Of a stretch of 64,000 nt of DNA, positions 60,556 through 64,000 are shown in pieces (position 1 is the first letter of the stretch; every line of letters starts with the position of its first letter). Made by a program: the position numbers and the translations under genes. The stretch lies in sequence record ON568341.1; one strand, 5' to 3'. The notes beneath the pieces were generated by a model, which was not told the origin of the DNA, ran no database searches, and worked only from the letters and a program-made list of their open reading frames with translations.

Positions 60556-62703
60556 ATGCTAAACATTACACGTATATCAATGAGGAACTTCTTTTCATTT
60601 GGGAACGCACCACAATCAATAGAATTGAATAGTTCTGATATTTCATTAGTTCTTGGGCAAAATAATGATGCAGTTATTGAAGGTGGTGATAGCACTGGAC
60701 GACGAAATGGAGTAGGGAAAAGTGCTATTATTCAAGGATTAGTTTTTGGCTTATTTGGGAAAAGTATTGGTAATGATATTAAAATTCCCAACCTAGTCAA
60801 CAAAACTAATGGCAAAAATTGTGAAGTAGTTATAGAGTTTGAAAAAGATGGTGTGCAATATATAGTTGAGCGTGGGAGAAGTCCTACGTATTTCAATTTT
60901 ATCACATTAGGAAAAGATAATAAGATTGAAGATGAATCGAGAGGTGAAAAAAAAGACACACAAGAAGATTTGAATGAAATTCTTGGAATATCTCAATTAT
61001 TATTTGAACATATTGTAGTTCTTAATGCGAACGTAGAACCGTTTTTGGCTTTATCATCTCAAAAACAACGTGATATGATAGAAGAACTTCTTGGAATAAC
61101 ACAGTTGACTGAAAAAGCTGAAATTCTAAAGGAGATGTACAAGGATACTAAACGTTTAGCCGAACAAGAAAAGTTCAAAAATGAAACTGTGGCTGCAAGC
61201 AATGAACGCATTCAAAAAAGTATTGAAGTACTTCAAGAACAGGCTAACCAATTTGAGATTGATAAAAGTAATAGAGTATCTAAGCTAAATGAAGAGTTGA
61301 ATATATATAAAACTTTAGATTTCAATGATCTCTACCAAGCTGCTGAAGAGAAAGAGAAAGCTCTTATTCATAACGCAAAGCGTGGTGAAATTGAACGCCG
61401 TGTACAAGAGTTGGCTTTAAAATATGATGCTTATGAACGTGAACTTGAAACGTCCAAGCGAGTGTTAAATCTAAGCATTGATAATTTAAAAACGATTGAT
61501 ATTAGTTCGGAATTGGAAAATCACAAGGAGTTGGAAATATGGAAACAGTTAGAGGCTATTCTTAAAGAGAATAATAATCAAAAACGTTTCAAAGAACAAA
61601 AGCTCAACTCACTAAAAGTTGCGTTGAATGGATATAAATGTTCAATTAATACTGAAATCGATAAATTATCAACAGTTGAAAGCAGTAAATGTCCACTTTG
61701 TATGTCTGATTTGGAACATAACGAACATACATCTTCAATTAAAGACAAAATTCAAAGTTCTATTAGTGATCTTCAAACCAAAATTGATAGTTCTTCTTCA
61801 GAAATTGAAACATTACTTAAAGAAATTGAGAGTATTGAGATTTTTGATATGCCACCTAAACCAGTGACATACTATAATACACTTTCAGAAGCACAAATGC
61901 ATGAACATAAGCTTCAAGAACTGATTAAAAAGAGCGAAGAAGAACCAATAAACATCTATGCTAACGAACTTATGTCATCATATGATGAACTTAACTCATA
62001 TGAACTAATGGAAGTACCAGATACATTAAACAAGTACGAAGTTAAAGAGCTAGAAATGACCGTAAGCTCGTTATCACAGCAATTAGAACGTGAATTGAAG
62101 ACTACTAACACTTTTATTAGCCAAATTAACACCCTTAAGACAGATTCTTTAGTTACAATAGACTATAGTGACTATAATAATCTTGATAAAATGTCAAATC
62201 ACCAAGATTTTTTGGTTAAATTACTATTGAACAAGGATTCTTATGTCCGTAAGCGTATTATTGAGCAAAATATCTCATATTTGAATACACGACTTCAGTA
62301 TTATATCGATATGTGCGGTTCTGAGCACAATGTTGTCTTTTTGAATGATTTGAGTGTTGAAATTGAGAAAAGTGGGCAGTACTTTGACTATAAACAGCTT
62401 AGTAGGGGTGAGCGTACAAGGGTAAACATCGCATTATCTTGTGCTTTCCGTGATACATATGAGTCATTATACCAAAGTATTAATATTCTTATCATTGATG
62501 AGATGATTGACCAAGGTCTTGACTCAAGTGGTGTTCTACGTGTGTGGTCTATCTTCCAAGATATGGCTGCTGTACGTGGTAAGAATGTTTATGCTATTTC
62601 CCACAGAGAAGAGTTACTTTCTAAGACTGAAAAAATCCTCAAAGTTGTTAAAGAGGACGGATTCAGTACTGTTGAATATGCAACTCTTGATGATGTTTTC
62701 TAA
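60556..62703 (+). CDS. Recombination ATPase subunit (T4 gp46 / SbcC / Rad50-like)
   Basis: Walker A NGVGKS, coiled coil with CPLC zinc hook, signature LSRGE, Walker B LIIDE, ISH. Confidence 0.93.
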   Translation: MLNITRISMRNFFSFGNAPQSIELNSSDISLVLGQNNDAVIEGGDSTGRRNGVGKSAIIQGLVFGLFGKSIGNDIKIPNLVNKTNGKNCEVVIEFEKDGVQYIVERGRSPTYFNFITLGKDNKIEDESRGEKKDTQEDLNEILGISQLLFEHIVVLNANVEPFLALSSQKQRDMIEELLGITQLTEKAEILKEMYKDTKRLAEQEKFKNETVAASNERIQKSIEVLQEQANQFEIDKSNRVSKLNEELNIYKTLDFNDLYQAAEEKEKALIHNAKRGEIERRVQELALKYDAYERELETSKRVLNLSIDNLKTIDISSELENHKELEIWKQLEAILKENNNQKRFKEQKLNSLKVALNGYKCSINTEIDKLSTVESSKCPLCMSDLEHNEHTSSIKDKIQSSISDLQTKIDSSSSEIETLLKEIESIEIFDMPPKPVTYYNTLSEAQMHEHKLQELIKKSEEEPINIYANELMSSYDELNSYELMEVPDTLNKYEVKELEMTVSSLSQQLERELKTTNTFISQINTLKTDSLVTIDYSDYNNLDKMSNHQDFLVKLLLNKDSYVRKRIIEQNISYLNTRLQYYIDMCGSEHNVVFLNDLSVEIEKSGQYFDYKQLSRGERTRVNIALSCAFRDTYESLYQSINILIIDEMIDQGLDSSGVLRVWSIFQDMAAVRGKNVYAISHREELLSKTEKILKVVKEDGFSTVEYATLDDVF

Positions 62704-62712
62704 TTAAAAGAT

Positions 62713-62738
62713 AAAGGGAGCCTTAGCTCCCTTTTTTT
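62713..62738. terminator. Bidirectional terminator
   Basis: AAAGGGAGC-CTTA-GCTCCCTTTTTTT. Confidence 0.88.
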
Positions 62739-63214
62739 ACATCAACCATATTTAATTTACCGTCCTTAATCAGCTTTCTAGCTTGTTTTGCACGAGTAGT
62801 AGTGTTACTGCCAGGGACAACTCCGAACCCTTCCAGAATCTCGTTTTGCTGCGTTGCTGGGAGCCTTTTAAATTTATTAGTATCCACTGTTAGTGCCGTG
62901 TGATGTATAACTTGCTCTTCTGGTGGAATATTATTGTTCTTTTCAAGGTAGTCAGCAAGGTTGCGTAGTACTTCATGCAATGGCTTATCTGTTAAATGAC
63001 TAAGACAGCGTTTAAATGAATTTGCAACCCTTCCTTCCCATCCATTCACCTCATTTTGAAGAACCTGTCTACAATGTTGATTTCCACCATGATAGTGATC
63101 CAGAACTGGTTTAGTTATTTTTATGCCTATGATGGGGTCAATGCCATTTTGTTTATTTAGCAATTCAGTTCGATAGTTTGCAGCATCCTTACTATCTTTT
63201 AATCTTTTTTTCAT
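62723..63214 (-). CDS. Recombination endonuclease VII-like (T4 gp49 family) resolvase
   Basis: VLDHYH...RQVL..EVNGWEG. Perfect TATAAATA at 63245-63252 upstream. Confidence 0.7.
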   Translation of the reverse strand: MKKRLKDSKDAANYRTELLNKQNGIDPIIGIKITKPVLDHYHGGNQHCRQVLQNEVNGWEGRVANSFKRCLSHLTDKPLHEVLRNLADYLEKNNNIPPEEQVIHHTALTVDTNKFKRLPATQQNEILEGFGVVPGSNTTTRAKQARKLIKDGKLNMVDVKKGS

Positions 63215-63305
63215 AATTCCTCACCAAACTATTTGTCATCACAATATTTATAGATTAGTTATTTGCAATATTTTAAGTACTTAATGAATATTTTATAAAA
63301 ATAGT

Positions 63306-63333
63306 GAGACAACTTTAAAATTTGTGCTATAAT
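63306..63333 (+). promoter_or_regulatory. GACAA-class promoter with no downstream ORF
   Basis: GAGACA-16 nt-TATAAT with TG extension. Shares AGTGAGACAACT with the 13766 promoter. Confidence 0.7.
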
Positions 63334-63339
63334 ATTTGT

Positions 63340-63810
63340 TGTAGTAATGACAATCCTGTTGAATGCAGAAATGCATATAAATGAGAACCTGATCCTATCG
63401 AAAATGTAGATGGCAGATGAGCAGTTCAACAGTGCGATGAGCAGAAGAAACCCGTCAGATGTGGGCATAGTTTGAACCCCTCACGGCAATGCGGCTCAAT
63501 AAAGAACTCCGATAAGCATACAGAGAGTTCCTAGATAGACATATAAGGATCGCACCTTACCAGATTTGCTAAGGGAGTTTATTAAGTGATTTTAATAAAC
63601 AGCCTGAAGTTTGATTGTATAGACTTTCAGGTGAGTGTCAGGATGATTAAGACTGACGACCGTTGCATATGACCGTGATAGGGAGAAACCGAGCAACCCG
63701 CTTCCGTTTGCGATTGATCTTTTTACAATATAGATCCGTCCAAAATTCACGATACAATAAATGCTGAAACCATCAGCGTCAAGAAATAGAGACTTCATTG
63801 TCTCTTTTTT
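63340..63810 (+). ncRNA. Candidate ~470-nt structured non-coding RNA (family unassigned)
   Basis: Promoter upstream, terminator at 63788-63810, no credible ORF, locally raised GC, many stems. Confidence 0.55.
63788..63810 (+). terminator. Intrinsic terminator ending the candidate ncRNA
   Basis: AGAGAC-TTCATT-GTCTCT-TTTTT. Confidence 0.7.
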
Positions 63811-63899
63811 ATTGTCTTCATTCCCCTGCGGGGGGATGAAAATGTCCTCAACAAATCCCGTCAAGTATTAAATCTTTTAAAGTTCTTTATAATTAATTT

Positions 63900-63961
63900 A
63901 ATGAAATGAATATGAGTTACGTAGTAACGAATATTCTTCAGCTAACGAATGAAATGAGTTA
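63900..63961. repeat. Cluster of short direct repeats and palindromes in an AT-rich tract
   Basis: AATGAAATGA x2, ATGAGTTA x2, TAACGAAT x2, GTTAC-GTA-GTAAC palindrome. Confidence 0.6.
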
Positions 63962-64000
63962 GATGAATCCAATAATATTAAAATTAATTCTTCCATAATT

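Noticed and set aside
63340-63810. tmRNA, RNase P RNA, tRNA cluster or group I intron
   Set aside because: No GGGG..TG 5' end or TCCACCA 3' end, no GAGGAAAGTCC P4 motif, no cloverleaf with GTTCGA T-loop and no intron core. Partial look-alikes (AAACCGAGCAA, AAATCCCGT) are too short to count.
63592-63864. 90-aa minus-strand ORF in the ORF track
   Set aside because: Alternative start codon, no convincing RBS or promoter, atypical codon usage, and it overlaps a region better explained by plus-strand RNA structure.

Overview
The window is a gene-dense, AT-rich segment of a large lytic myophage distantly related to T4. Gene content and order resemble the RaK2/GAP32/121Q-type jumbo phages (inference). 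A WcaM-like tailspike points to an enterobacterial host. Most of the window is the virion module: tail sheath C-terminus, several tail-tube-fold paralogues, gp4-like head completion nuclease, a candidate small terminase, acidic head proteins, fibre/spike proteins, gp14/gp15-like neck proteins, a ~3,320-aa baseplate-associated protein, gp6/gp25/gp53-like wedge proteins, and a gp5-like spike plus a paralogous free lysozyme. Interspersed are an early MoxR-like ATPase / metallopeptidase-VWA pair, a SLOG protein, thymidylate synthase, a Nudix hydrolase, a ClpA-like ATPase, a gp55-like late sigma factor, gp47/gp46 and an endonuclease VII-like gene. Two promoter classes can be read from the sequence: GACAA-N12-TGN-TATAAT (six copies) and TAAATA about 31-38 nt upstream of late genes. 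The most notable signals are: (1) a promoter-to-terminator, ORF-less, highly base-paired ~470-nt candidate ncRNA at 63340-63810, followed by an AT-rich repeat tract that may be an origin; (2) a ~240-aa HNH-family homing endonuclease fused in frame inside an intact thymidylate synthase with no intein or intron hallmarks; (3) a gp5 spike with an HxH tip followed by a degenerate M23 domain and a C-terminal lysozyme; (4) two apparent single-base frameshifts. No tRNA, rRNA, CRISPR array, integrase or transposase was seen. All product calls come from recognising motifs by eye; no searches were run.
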